This document shows, one piece after another, positions 22,691 to 36,993 of a stretch of DNA of 64,000 nt. The notes under the pieces are model-generated. The model saw only the letters and a program-made list of their open reading frames with translations, was not told where the DNA came from and made no database searches. The translations under genes were made by a program, and so were the position numbers. How positions within the stretch are numbered: the first letter of the stretch is position 1; every line of letters starts with the position of its first letter. The DNA is from Laetmonice hystrix (lineage: Eukaryota): assembly GCA_965235115.1 (NCBI GenBank), contig OZ249451.1, forward strand, positions 12,214,001 to 12,278,000, read 5' to 3'.

Positions 22691-25180
22691 ATACACCTGC
22701 CGCCCCGTAATCACATTTTAATTGTCCACAAATATTGGATGATCGCAGATTTCCCCACCACGGCATAGTATAAACTGACGAAGTACAAACAGACAATATC
22801 ACAGCAGCTCCGCAGTATCCAAACAAATCTATAGGCAATGTGTTTTATTCACATGCGGTATCTTATTGCAAACCTAGTGTTGGAATGGTAGTCACTGGCT
22901 GGGAATTAAGTGTTACTGAGAGTGAGGGTCGGGATAAAAAAAACCTGCTCTAGACGGTTCTATCAGATCGAGGTCTCCACGGAACACGTCATTTCTTTAC
23001 TTATCCGTGTACTTTTTTTACAATAACATTTTCACAGACGTAACCTGAAGCTACTGAAAGTTCGGGAGATCTCACGTTTCGTCTCAATACCACATGCTGG
23101 TTGGAATGTATACGTGTGTATAGCAAAGATACAGCAAGACCAAACGCCCTGCAGGTGATACTCGGGTAAAGTTGAAATGGGTGAGATACTATCTAAGGGA
23201 TAAATTCCCTCCAATGTGTGGGAGACTTTTCAAATTAAGTAAAGACGCCCTCTCGGAGACTCTTCATGTGTACCAGGATAACGTTGTCAAACCTGTAATT
23301 CTGGTGCAATTACTGCAGCGGGAATTCTCATAAGTTGTGGAGGTTTTCGTAAACTTACACCCTCCAAGTTGTGGTATACAATTTTATAGTCCTGTATATA
23401 GACTGTCAGTTTAAATACTAAGGGCCAATACTCACAGCCCATACATTAGACTACAGCTACACGCTAAGTACAGAAATCTGAAGAAAGGATCCAGGCAAGG
23501 AATGGCAGAAGAAGTTATAATAGATAACAATTTGGAAATTGCTGGGCGGGAAGACTCCAATTAAGTAGGCGGAGACAGACTTGGGTAGTCGGACCACTGA
23601 TGTGATGGGGTAGGTGATATTGTTGTGCACTGAATCTTGTCAGGAAGATAACAAAAAAATCGAACAAAATCATGTTCTGAATAATGGAAGAAGGAAGTTG
23701 TAAGTCCACTAACCACAGGTGTGTATTTGGTAATTTATTTCTGTAAGCTATTAGATGCCCCACCCCCACTCATATAGCCACCTGTTTCCACCTGTGTGAA
23801 GGTGTTATATTTTAATTATGACCTGCCAATCTTATACATATGTCACGCAACGAGATGAGTCGAACATTTAATTTTATACACAATTTTCGGACTTTCGTCA
23901 TTTAATTTAAACATTACGTCCGCATCACATGAGATTTTTATATAAATTTGCTGATGCCACAATGGGACCCACGCATGAGCTATGTTTGTGTTGACGTAAT
24001 CTGTTTACAATGAGTCTATTTATGTAAAGACATCCAGTCCTTCCTCATGGTGTCAGTTTCTTGGGTCCACTGCTGTCATGATGATGCTGATAATATGGTT
24101 TGAGTAATTAGACATCATTATATACCTGCCACAATGCTGGCAGGCCGTCTCGGGTGTAAATTAACAGATGGGGCAAATTTGGAGGCATCTGGTAGAGTCA
24201 CCCGATACATGACACAAAATATATTTATATGTGGACAGCTGTTGATAACGGAGATCGGTGAATGTTATAGGTGTGCCCCTTGAGGTGACGTTGAATGTTA
24301 TAGGTGTGTCCCCTGAGGTGACATTGATTGAGGGGGGGGGGGGGTCCGGGGGACCTGGATATGTGTTAGTGGTCCCCTATAGATAACAGATAATACTATG
24401 GATGACATTGATCTTTGAAGGTCAATGTAATTCTCACCTCCATTAATCAAATGAATCGTACACGATAATCACAGTCGAGATAGGTGTAACTCGTGGTGCA
24501 CTAAAACTGATTCGGTATAGGGTGAGTTCAGTAAAGGAAGGAGAAATTTACTGCAAGAATTAAATTGTTTTTCATCACTTTATGTGGCAAGCCAACCAGC
24601 TTGATTGTTTACTTCTGGTTAAGGCGGCCACTTTTTGCCGTGTTTCGCATGCACCGTATGTATTGTCGGTAATTGTAGCATTCAGGGCACGTTGGGAGTT
24701 CAGGTTTGAATGTGGTGCCAGCGTATTTTGACCCTGAGAAGGCATTAAGTTTAACTGAACGCTTAGTAGAAAAGAAAAAAAGAGGTTGTTTAGGCTAACA
24801 TGCAATGTGGTTTGTCTGAATCACGACAGCCGAGATTCAACAGTAAGCGCAGTAAGCGAACTTGTCGTCACGAACTTTTTTTCATTGCATTGTTTTGAGG
24901 ATAGTGGCTATGAGCAGTTCGACTCAAACACGGGAGTCCAACCTTTTACATGTCATGTTAGTTTTGATCATGTGAAAGGTCACATGATCCGTGTTAGGTC
25001 ATGTGATTTTGGAATATCTAGACACAACTGGCAGAGACCGACTGTACTTCAGGTTTACAAACAGGCCATGGTACGTTGTGTTTGATTGGTCACCTGAGAA
25101 ATTGGCCTTGACTGACTGCCAGCTGCCAAGTGGTTGTTTGTGTATGTTAACAGATTGGTGGGTGATCACCCAGCCATAAC

Positions 25181-25344
25181 NNNNNNNNNNNNNNNNNNNN
25201 NNNNNNNNNNNNNNNNNNNNNNNNNNNNNNNNNNNNNNNNNNNNNNNNNNNNNNNNNNNNNNNNNNNNNNNNNNNNNNNNNNNNNNNNNNNNNNNNNNNN
25301 NNNNNNNNNNNNNNNNNNNNNNNNNNNNNNNNNNNNNNNNNNNN
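25181..25344. other. Assembly gap (N run)
   Basis: Run of N. Confidence 1.
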
Positions 25345-28300
25345 TCTGACCGTTTCTCTCATTCTCTCTCACACACACGAAACGATTGGTCTTTGGTTGA
25401 TCAGACAACAGTTTCTTACTGTAACAAGTCATAGAGTCTTCAAGGTTTCTCTAAAATACAGTGAAGATCCGGAAATAACAGTAACGTTAAAAACACTTTA
25501 AAGCAATTGTTTCATTATCGGGTCCGATGAGTGGTGTCAGCCATTGTGACTGCGTTTACTTCTGAAATCGTCATCTACTACAGCCATACACAGACACCAG
25601 ACGGTCTACCATTACATTACCAACTGATGCCCACCAGAACCATGATAAATCACCTGAGGAAACAAGTCATGAATACCAATTTTACCTCCATTACCTTATT
25701 TCCCCTGACGGTAGCCTGGCAACAAAAACACTAAAAACACAAATTAAGCAGTTTTCCCGAACATGCACAGCCCATTGCTTTATTGGCTTCTCCCGGGGGG
25801 CCAGTGTGTCTGACTAGGGGATGGCTTGCCTTGGGAGCTGTTAATTGATTTCCACAAAGCTTTCGAGGGGTTGAATATGGACGGGGTGCAGTGAATATAT
25901 TGTCTTTACACATGCCTACAGCATTGATCCTTCCAGACTAGAAGGGTGGGGCTGGTATGTAGGAGATTTAGGAGGAGACTGGGCTTTTGGTGATTGTCTG
26001 TTATTGACTTTCTAATATTGACTGTCTGGAATCGCGGAAAAGGCTATAATACGCTTTAGGAGTAGTTCGCTGAACTCATATGTCTATAGACATAGTTTCG
26101 TAATTCACCAAGGACTTGTGTAGTTTCGTAATTCACTAGGTCTCATTAATCGCTATCAATGACCAAAAAAACAAAGCTGAGAGGCGCATTGCGGTTCGAC
26201 TATAGGAATCAGATTTTTATTTGCCCTTTTGTTTTTGCGGTCAAGATATTAAATACAAATGTTGTTTTTTGAACGTCATCTGTTTTGTAGATATACAAAC
26301 CAGAGATATTCTGGGAATCTTCTGGACTGAAAGTGATGGATTCTGACTCATCGAGGATCTCTTTCACTATTCAAGAAAAGAGGTATACATGAATATGTAT
26401 ATGATATAGATTGTTTTATTATACAAATATATTTCAGTACATGTCTTTCTTTGCCTTATAAATAGCAAGCGTATATTATTTAATAGGCTGCTACTGCTAT
26501 GATCGTCTCATCTCAATATTAAGATGTTGCAGACGATCATGATTAAAGGCAGACAGAACCTTCAGGACTTACTTAAGGCCGTCGGCGCTCTGACGCAGCC
26601 TTTCGTTCACACAACCGTCCCCTGTCTAATATATCAATGGCTTGGAGCTATCCCATTGAGAGCTCAGGATAGAACTTCAATCGTTTCACCTCCAAGCACA
26701 GCTCTGAATTTTTAAATACCGTCTGCTACTCCAACCAACGGTTGTAACTATTTGTTCAGTACGACTCATGGCTCCGGCTGAGACCGCTTACTTCAGAGGT
26801 AGAGGGTTATAATTTTATATACCATCGGAAAAGGCATTAGTACTGCTAGTATATAAGATTAGGGACAATTTTTGTATTATTGAATCTAGATTTATTGTTT
26901 TAATATAATAACTTCTTCTATCTACATCAAGGTAATCGTTGAGTTTATGAAGGATTTATAGTTTTAGTAATTGAATATTCATATTTATGGGTTATCTTGA
27001 CCTCAAACGGAATTCATAGCCGGCTGAAGAGGGTCAAATTCCTGAGGCCGAAGATAAGTGTGACATAAGGTCAGAGTATTAACATCCTCAACTGTCTGCG
27101 GTTCACGACCAGTAGCAGCGCCACCTAGGGGCAGGTATTGTTTTAACAAATACAGCACATAGCACATACCGGATGCACTTACCGCCACCTTGAAAATTTG
27201 ATACCGTTTAAAATTTGTAGGATTGAAGGAACAGTTATAGAAGGGACAGGACGATGTCCAGTACTGACATGGAAATATGAATGGTTATAATAATGTATAT
27301 TGTAATATATGAAGGCTTATTTTTATTGGTAATTCGAGACTGGCAGAACAATCATACATTTTTAGAAACTTGAATATAAGGAGCTGGAACAATTTACCTC
27401 ATGACCAAGTAGCACACCTATGTTGGCACGCCTGGGGGTTCCCATGGAGACGACTACAAAGTGAAGATGGCGTTCAGGACGAGGGACTCTAGGTGCTCAG
27501 TGTGACCCTGGACATTATTCAAAAATACATGAGACAGGCCATGTTTACCTTTATTATATATACCCACACAGGGGAGACACCATTTCAAGTTTCCCCTTAT
27601 TATAAATGATCCATAACCAGTCAGACATTTTTACACGCATCCTAAAACATCAGACGGACCGATGATTGATAGTGTACGAGCACGTGTCAGGGCGGGTCAT
27701 TGTGATTTTAAACTGATCTAAGACCTGGGTGAAGAAATATAATGGACGCTATCACCATGACGTCCCTTCTAATCGTGCTCTGTATGGAGAGCCAACAATG
27801 TACAAGCAGAGCAGAGATCGGCCGGAACTGTCTTACCCCCCCCCCCCCCAAGTTCATCCGCCTGATTCTAGCAGTGTCAAACTTAAAATTCTGAATATAG
27901 CACAAGTGGAAGCTAAAACAGATGTGACCTCGTAGTTTTTGTTTTTGGCATTTGTCTGAGTAGGTCAGGATCCAGGCGTGTAACCCGCCGTACGAGTGTC
28001 TATACCCGAGGAATGTGGAGGACGCCACGTTCTCCTTGTAGACGCATTCTTCCTAACTGAACATCATTTTTCAATGATAACTTGAGGCGTACGAGACCAT
28101 GTTCTCCCGACTACAGATATTCATGAACAGATTGTGCCTACATTTATTACATGGCCAGTGATGTAGATAACATCATTTAATGTTAGACCTCAACACGGCG
28201 ACCACAAGTATGTGGACAGGATCATTGGAGATACTGCAGATTTCTCGATACCTTCCTGTCTCGGCGTACTTCTTATCAACAGAGATTACTTTAGTCGCCT

Positions 28301-31300
28301 GGTGAATCTGTTTGATGCTGAAGTTCATGTTCCAACTGTGTGAAATGTGGATTTACTCTCACCCTTTTCAGAATGGGAGTTGAAGTTACAAAGTACGCAC
28401 AGAAAGGGTAACCAAAAGTCGTGTAACTGGTCTCAGAGGCCCGTTCTATAGGTACAGAAGTTAAAGTTCTTAAAAACTGTCGCGCATTCTTTACTTGTTT
28501 GAGAACTCTTTCTGGATAAAAAAAAACCAGTCCCAACGCAAATAGCAGTAGTCCATAAAAGTCAGGTGGTTTGCTTTTACAGTTACACATGGGGAAAAAT
28601 GTGAAAGATAAGTGTTGCTAAGTGGTCAGTCAGTGAATGACCTGACCTGTCTCGATGTGCTAACGAGTAACTGCCTGATGGATGGCTACAGAATCCTCAC
28701 GACTCTCCAATCGTGAGCAATCATCCCGATACTCGTTGACATTCCCCTCAGGCTCCACGTGTGTGCTTTGATGTCATGGGGACCACTGTTTACGTTTCTG
28801 ATCAGGCTTAGGTTCTGTTTCCACCGAATCATAGGTAGAACATGACCTCTTGCTGGGGGTGCTATTTATCAAAGTGACGTTTTATTGTGTGAGCTACAGA
28901 TATACACCCAACCCTATCCTGGTCAAGTTTGTCTATGTCAGAACGTTAAACAGATGATGTAGGTTTGGGAAACACCCACTGCTCAGATCACATTCATTAT
29001 AGCTTAGACCGGAAAGAGAAAGTAAGTCACCCACGAACTTTTAATGAGGGTTTTATTGAATGTTGCGAACACACTAAAATCTGATTTCAATGACCCTACT
29101 GGAGCACAATGTCACAGAGGTTATATTTACATAGGACGATTCTTTAAAAAACGTCTGCGAATCAAGGCTTATGAATCAAAACTACATTAAAAGATATTCA
29201 TTGAATATACAGAAGTTTATAACCAGTTTGATGATGGTTGTAGAGAGTTAAATGAGGTGTCAGAGTGGGCGATTTACTGCCAAATCCTTTCATACCTGAC
29301 GCCATGTCTGTTGGGCACAATTGACGGCTGACAATTGTTTTAATAAATGTTGGGGTCAAAGTGCACAGGGGTCAATGTCAAAGGTCACCGTGAAGTGTAA
29401 CATTTGAGTCCATTGACTTGATTTTATGGCAGAAGGCCAGCAATGGTTTGAATCGACCCTTTCGTCAGTTACTTTCGAAATAAGACCTTATAGTCATCAT
29501 ATTTAGCTGTTTCATTAAATACTTAATGATAATCACAGTAATAGACCTCATGTAAACAGTAAAACAACTTACAGTAGACCGTGACAAGTGTGCATACCAG
29601 TATCCTTCACAAAGATAACTTTGCCAACATTGCCGATCCTAAAACAATACCTAAACTACAGAACATCGACACTGTATACGTCTACATATTGAATGTTGAC
29701 ACCATTACACCCAGTGAGAACGGGGAGCAGATGCCTACACAGGATAGACTGGAAAGGGTATAACTCAATCAATAAATCAATCATAATCTGTGGGGGTGCT
29801 GTTATCGCAGCCCCTGCTGTACCAATTATTTAAGGCTAGGTAGGTGGAGGTGCGCCGAGTAAAGCGGTGTCTCCCCTTGCCCCCCCCCCCCGGGGGTAGG
29901 GGTGACCGAACCCGTATCAAGGGTCGGGAGGGGGTGGGGTGAGGCCAGGTGAGAGAGAACACCTGGCCTGGAGCCAGAGACAGGTCCCGTGAATGAATGG
30001 TGGGTCACAGACAAACCTAAACCACCACTACTCACTCACTCACTCCCCCACAACTGCCACATGAGGTGACATGACCTGGGCACCAGATTCACTGGGTCTG
30101 GGACTCCGACAATGTGATCGTAGAGCTGGCACGGACAGTAGTCTGCAGATAATTTAGTCTCCAGAGCATGAGGTTGTCCTGTGTTATACAAGCTCATTGA
30201 GGTTTGGCGACGATTTTGTCAGAATTTACAGATGGAGCAGCTGCGCTCAAGATTAAATACTGATGTGTACGTCATGTAGTATGTCTAATACCCGCTGTTT
30301 ACTTCATATTATACAATAAGAAGATCAAGTTCGAGTGAAGGGCAAAGGTCCCAGGAGTCTTTGCTGGTAATCTTGAACTCAGTGTCAATATTCTAGATTT
30401 ACAATCTTACTGGATTTCGAAAGTTTCATCTCCGTGGAGTTGTGTCAGGGCGTCTGCAGTCACCGTCAAAAGGAATACATGACATGACTTCCGGAACTAT
30501 AGAACGGGTGACGTATAAAAGTGTAGGTCAAAGGTCATGAGATCATAACGCGAAGGATTGTGGATATATAATACAGGCCCCTAGGTTTTGTTATCATGGG
30601 AGAGTGCCTCAACAAGTCTCCTGTGACGTGGGCGCCTGTTGGCATGGTAGCGGGCCAGATATATAGGTCAAGAAGACAGATTGACTCCTGTCCTATTTGT
30701 CATAAAGACTCAGGCTTCATCAGCCCTGTTGAGCACTGAAAACGTAGAACTTACTTAATTAAAAGTTTTCTAATGAGTTACATAGTTTTAGGTAAGAGCA
30801 GGATTAATTGCCAAAAGAGGCGAAAGCTCTCGAGATATTTCAGACGCCACTGCAATTCATTGCCTTTGCCAATCGGTTCCTTAGACCGTGTTGTTTGGTT
30901 GCCCAATAGTCTTGCATTGAAAGCATCGCAAACATGACAGGTAAGAACTACCACTTGCAGGTAAAGGAAAACTGGGTTAATTGTGATGACCTTGACAAAG
31001 TGAAGCATCCAGGTAACCAGACATCTAGGTCATGGTCAGTATTTCACATCCATTTATTCACATGTCTTTTGTAACAGTAAACAGGAAGAATCTATCTAAT
31101 TTTAGACCATTTGTAGATTCCACGTCTGAGTTATATTGTCCTCACGGCCCGGAACCAACCGCCATCTGCAGTAACTCTGTTTGAAGACCATGTACATGAG
31201 AAGATCTGATCACACATATCTTCTGTATAATGTAATACGTATTGATGGGACGATATTGAGTAAAGTCTGCAGCTCTCCCTCTCCTTCCGTGACCCTGAGA

Positions 31301-34257
31301 TACTAAGCCAGGTCAGGTCTGAGGTCATGTTGAAGGCGGGCATGACCCAAGGAGGATATTTTGGTGGGGTCAGTCAGCAGGGGAGGCGTACCGATGGCAT
31401 CTTACTTGACTCTAAAATTTATCATGTAGACTAACAGATGCCTGCTACTGTTAAAACTGCGGAGCTCATCTTGTGTAGTCAGCACATTTCTCCCTGAAAT
31501 GCCTCGAATATCCCTTAGTCTGAGACACTATCATATATCTAGCCTAACGGTAAGGTACTGTAGATGCTGAATACTATAGAATGATGGAGTAAACTGCGTC
31601 GACTCCAATATTTCAAGACTCAGTGCTATTCTAGAAGGTTAGACTAGACCAAGTAGACGAGAGTGGGTGTCAATGTTTATGGTGGAAGTAAGAGGATATA
31701 TGTCCTCCCAAAGGATCATGGGGGACACATGGTGTGAGTTCGCACTGCACGCTGGGTAGTCTTGACCTAGTGACCTATTAACCAGCCTGATGTACATGAT
31801 GGAAAGTGATACCTCAGTATCTGCTCATGTCATGGTGAATATCTCACTAAAATAATTACCATTACATATTAAAAGAAAATATTTTTTTTTAAACAAAAAA
31901 AGTAATTAAAAAAGAAGTAATAGTTACGATGAAAACAACTATTTTTTGTTGATCTCTTAGTGTTATTTCCCCCACGGTAGACCCTAATATTCTTACTAAC
32001 ATTTTGAGTAGCCTACTACTACCGTTTATTATTATGGGGTAGGATTAGGTTATAGGGTTAGGATTATTGATAGACTTTTAGTTTTTACCCCAGGATGTCT
32101 TGGAGTTGTTTCCATGGAGGATCGATATATCTCACAAACAAGACGGGAGTGAGCACAGCACCAGACAACCTGTTGGCTTGTATACAACGCACAGCAGTGG
32201 TTGTAAACAATATTGAGTTTGTGTTGACGCGACGTGAAGGTCCCTGCGTAACGTGGCGTGGGCACCAACCACAAACCCGAGGCTATGTCTGTCCTGTAGA
32301 TCTGGGTCAGAAAAAATAAACTTCACTGAGAGTCAGTGTGCTTGGACAATAACTGAGTGGGTGTAGGTCGTTTTACTCCGCGTCAGAAACTAAGGCCATC
32401 TTCAGGTCGAAATCTTTAGAATCATGTGCTTGCAATCAGCGAGTATCTCTCAGTTCAATGACTCCAAAATGCAGACATGGGCTGTAATAGGTTAGATAAG
32501 GCCGTGGACTATATAAATCAGTAAATGTTTACCCACAGAAATGTGGAAATGTGATGCAATTTAACATTCCAGTTGCCTGTTGTTGCCATGAAGCGAACGT
32601 CTCATGGCTGGATGTTGACCTGACCATTGACTTGAACTCGGTGATTGCTTTAAACTCGGGAACTACGTTGTCTCCCGGGAACTGTGGTAAAAGTGTGGTT
32701 AAGCCAATGGGGTTGTAGGTGCCTGGATAGTCATTAACTACGCCTACGGTAATATGATGGCAACAGTTCTCTATTATAACAATAACCAACTGGAGTAGCT
32801 GTCGGAGAACTGAGAGAGGTTGGATTGATAGATGAACGTTAGTCATTGTCTGTCCTACGATACCATCCTAGGAATACCATTCATCACAGGGGATTTTCTG
32901 TGTCACGATCAATGTTAAGAATCTCTCACCATCAGGCCGAGCGACAACTTTCTTAAAGGGACTCACACGACATGCCCAAAAGGCGTCAACTTTAGGCTTT
33001 CCTAACTCTTCGAGTTGACACATTTCTTGAGGCACACATTCCAGTCTGTGTGGGAGCTACTTACATGTTCCTCCCCCTCACAGTGTTGTCACAGTGTATT
33101 GTACACATGGTGTGGTCACAATAAGGCGTGACTCGTCACAATGTGACGAGGTGACACAGACACGGACAGAGTTGATTCAAGGGTTGAATGAAGTGACAGG
33201 GACGACGGTGGTAACAGGAGGTCTAAGATGACAAACATTACGGAGCTGGAGTAGCCGTTCTTTATGTACATGCCATGTGTATAAATCATGATGTTTGGAT
33301 CTTACAAGTCTAATTGGACGATTGCTCGTGTCTGGCTTTTCTTGTTGACTTTCCTCGTGTCTAGAGGGCCAATTCTTCATGTTAGGTATGGCCGTTCTTT
33401 GACTTTTACGGGTGAATATGATTCTCTTAATACGACTCTTTTTGTAATGATCAACGTTTTGTGATATATACTCTTCATGCATCAGTGTTTTCTTCTTCGT
33501 CTGAAAGAAAATAAACAAACGAAGGAGCCAGAAATTAAGTGCGTTCATGATTGCGCGATGTTTACTGTGGACGAGTTCAGTTTGTCTGTGTGGGCTTGTG
33601 GTCTCCCGCAGCGCCCCCGTGTGGTCAGATTGAGAACGAGGTCAATATGACGGACCGTCTGACGCCGAGAGTGATACGTTTTGTGCCCTGACTCGGGCAC
33701 GTCTGCTTCCGTTAGCGGTCGGAAGTCATGCCCCGCACAGAAGCATGGGCCCTACTGGGGGATGGAAACATGGGGCTTTGATTCTCGCGGCCTTTAGGTT
33801 GCCAAATCATAGACGCTATGTCGTTCTCACCGCGGTATTCGCATCGGCCGAAATGTTCTCCAGCTCCACCAGGTTTGCTCCAGACTATTTCCCACCCCCT
33901 ATTATATTGCCAACCCAAAGACGGGGAGGGGGCATCATGGGCCAACCAGAAACCACACAATTTAAACCGCAACACTATAGCCCTATAGCTGTGACAGTAG
34001 GCCGACGGCTATAGGCCGAGGCCAGGAATGATATATCTGATAGGTCTGGTAGTCCTAAGATGACTAAGTTAATTACAATCGTCCTACCTTCATTGTTTTT
34101 TTACAGGTCGACACTGACCACCAGTAACCAAGGAGACAACCCGTGACGTCACACGACGTGCCGTCGCTCGGGTGGAGCGAGCAGAGCTAGCTGTCATCCC
34201 TACATACGTAGACGTCAGAACGCGCCCTCCCACGGTCCTCCGACTCTCCCAGCGTTC

Positions 34258-34303
34258 ATGGCGAGGCGTCTGCCGGACGGAGTCAACGGACTCACCCTCC
34301 AGG
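34258..34303 (+). CDS. Candidate first coding exon of the tau/MAP2-like gene (MARRLPDGVNGLTLQ-G)
   Basis: Strong acceptor TTTTTTTACAG at 34106, ATG at 34258, donor G|GTATGT at 34304. Phase 1 matches the next large exon. Confidence 0.5.
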
Positions 34304-36993
34304 GTATGTAAGGAGGGTAGAACTCTCACCCAAATCTCCGAATCATCTGCGATTTAAAAATCTAGGCATTTGTCCGTTTGTGTTAATTCTCAAAGGTTTT
34401 TATAACAAGCATATTGCTTTCGCAACTTACAAGTTTCTGGCAGGTGCTTGCTCTAGGTAACTGATTATAAATGTGATAATTTGTCTGTTTAACATTAATC
34501 AGTGCGTTGGTATTTGTCTTATAAAAGTTATTAACATATGGAAACATGTTTAACTTCGTTGTCTTGTCAAATAATATGTGTACATATATGTATATTAATA
34601 TTGTGCACTGGAAGATGGTTATTAATCTCACCATTATTGATTTGGGGAGAAATCGGTTCCAACATCAAGGGTAGGGGATTGGGAGTTGTATCCTCCCTAT
34701 ATTGCCTTTGTTTTTTCTCCCAGGCCAGCAGGCTGTAGGACCGGGGGGGGGGGGGTTCCTGAAAACAGGACTGCTATCACCTTGTGGTCACAGAACAGTG
34801 CCTGGTCACATGACTCATTATGGATAAGGTCGGGTTCAACCCACCTCGTACAAAATGAAAAATGAGACGCATATATTCATGAGCACGTGATACGGCCAAC
34901 CGATACGTCTGCTAGCGTCACGCTACCATGTTGGCTGCTCATGATCAGAGAATTTGCAATTCACATCCCTGTGGGAATATCGTGGGGAGGGAAGTCTGAG
35001 GCTATCCACGTCCTTGGTGTAAAGTGGAGTGTGTTCTGATTGCTTTGATTCTGTTGTCCCGGATGTGAAGAACAGGTTCCTGTGCTGCCATTAGTTCAGT
35101 GATATCACTCAGTATATGCAGGGTGTCATAATGTCGTTACGCCTGCTCATAATAAAAAGGAAGCTGGGTGATGCGTGCAGGCTCGGCTCTGCAAATGTAG
35201 GCCTATATTCAGAGTGAGAGGTCAGAGAGCCGCTGCCCCCTGACTCCCTGATCTCCAGCTTGGGTCAGGGCAGGCGGGTGACCTGTTGGATGATCCAGGC
35301 TGGTCAGTAACTAACTACCTGTGGATTAAACATTGAACCTCAGCCCAGCTGTGAATTCAGTCATGAACCTCGTTTTATTACATATATATATTATCGCCCA
35401 CAGTAGGATCACGATTCACTGATTGTTTCTTTTGCAATATGTGTTTCACAATTATGCGGAACTGATGTGCAAGCTTATCTTACCACAAAGATAATAGGCC
35501 TATGGGTTAGGTGTACTGTGATCTCACCAAAAATATGTCTTTGAAATTTACGGAGGTCTATTTAGAGAAGATAATTTGGGAGTCCAAGGCACCGCTGAGA
35601 TGAAAGCCAGCGTGGGGCACTGACCATCCACAGACCACCGACTGACCACCCGATAATATCCCTCGGTCCACAGATAGCGAAGCTGGCTTCTGTCAGGATG
35701 ACGGTACAGTGGTTGCCATGGTTTAGTTGTTGCCATGGAATCAGTAGGAGGAGATATTGATTCTCTTACTGTGGTACCAATGACGACCTGCTACAGCTAG
35801 ACATCTGGTTTACTGTGGGATGGGTGTGTGGGGCGATGGGGGTGGGGCTCGCTGGCTGTTAGCTTAGCTGGGTGGGGAGGGGCAGTTGGTTGGATCTGGC
35901 TGTAGCTGGCTGGGAGTGAACTGAGGGGACTACACCAGAGAATTCCTCTGATATATATATTATGATTTGATGATGAAGTTGACCTCAGCAGTTTATGGTG
36001 AATCATCATTCGGTTATGTGGATCGTGTTCCCCTTTCGTACATTGGGAGAACGTGAACATAATATTGATAATATTCAGCAGAGTAACTTAGTTTTTAATG
36101 TGGCATTCGTGTGCAACAGATAAGATCTAATTCCATGCAGTAAATGTGATATTTGGAATGAAGTCCAGGCGAGAAGGTAATGATGACTAAACGTGACATT
36201 TATGACAATTTGACGTGGATTGGGTCTGGCCCTGAGCTGTGGCGGTGGAGCCGGCGGCCGAGGTTTGGAACGGGAAGTGGAAATAAAGTGTTCCAAGATT
36301 GCCTTTGTGTTCCCGCCGTACTTTATCAGTTTATAGCGGTAATATTGGCATCCGGGCAACTGGGCAAGGAGAGAGCTGAGTGTGTGGTCGCCTGTTGTGC
36401 GGCAGAATACACCTGGCAGCAAAGAGGATGGTGGGGTAGAATGAGGATTCTCAATCGTCCTTCAAGGATTTCTCTTCAAATACCACCCGACATCCAGGTG
36501 TTACTGCAGAACACTTGTAATGAGATTAATTCTAAAGATATTGGAGGTATGGCTATGCCATGTACAAATCAGAACTCATTGGTGGTAGCAGTGACAATCC
36601 ATGGCGGACAACTTTAGAGTATGCATGGCGGGGGAAGAAGCCTCTTGTTTGGTAGTTACTGCCACCTTGTGGACGATGCCTTCATATTTTGGTTAGGCGG
36701 ACCCGGTTAGCCTACGGCCCTTGGAAGCTGTCCTGTCCGTTTCGGTGCCTGATTTCAGTTTTTCTGGTGACTACCTCAATGAGATTGGTAGGTGTCAGCC
36801 TCCACTTCAAAATCTTCGGATACAAAGAAAATATATACAGTGTATAAATCAAACACATCAGAAATGCTATGTTTTTATTATCTATTTTGTTGGCAGGGTG
36901 TGTCGGGAGTCGTTCATTTTTCAGGTGTTAAGGTCACTGCAGAAGGTCATGAGAACAGAAGTGAACGTTTTGGATACGGTTGTCTTGTTTCAG

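Noticed and set aside
25134-25432. ORFs spanning the N run
   Set aside because: Artefacts of the assembly gap.
28372-28407. Exon-like segment MGVEVTKYAQK with acceptor and donor
   Set aside because: Isolated, with no partner exons or homology identifiable.
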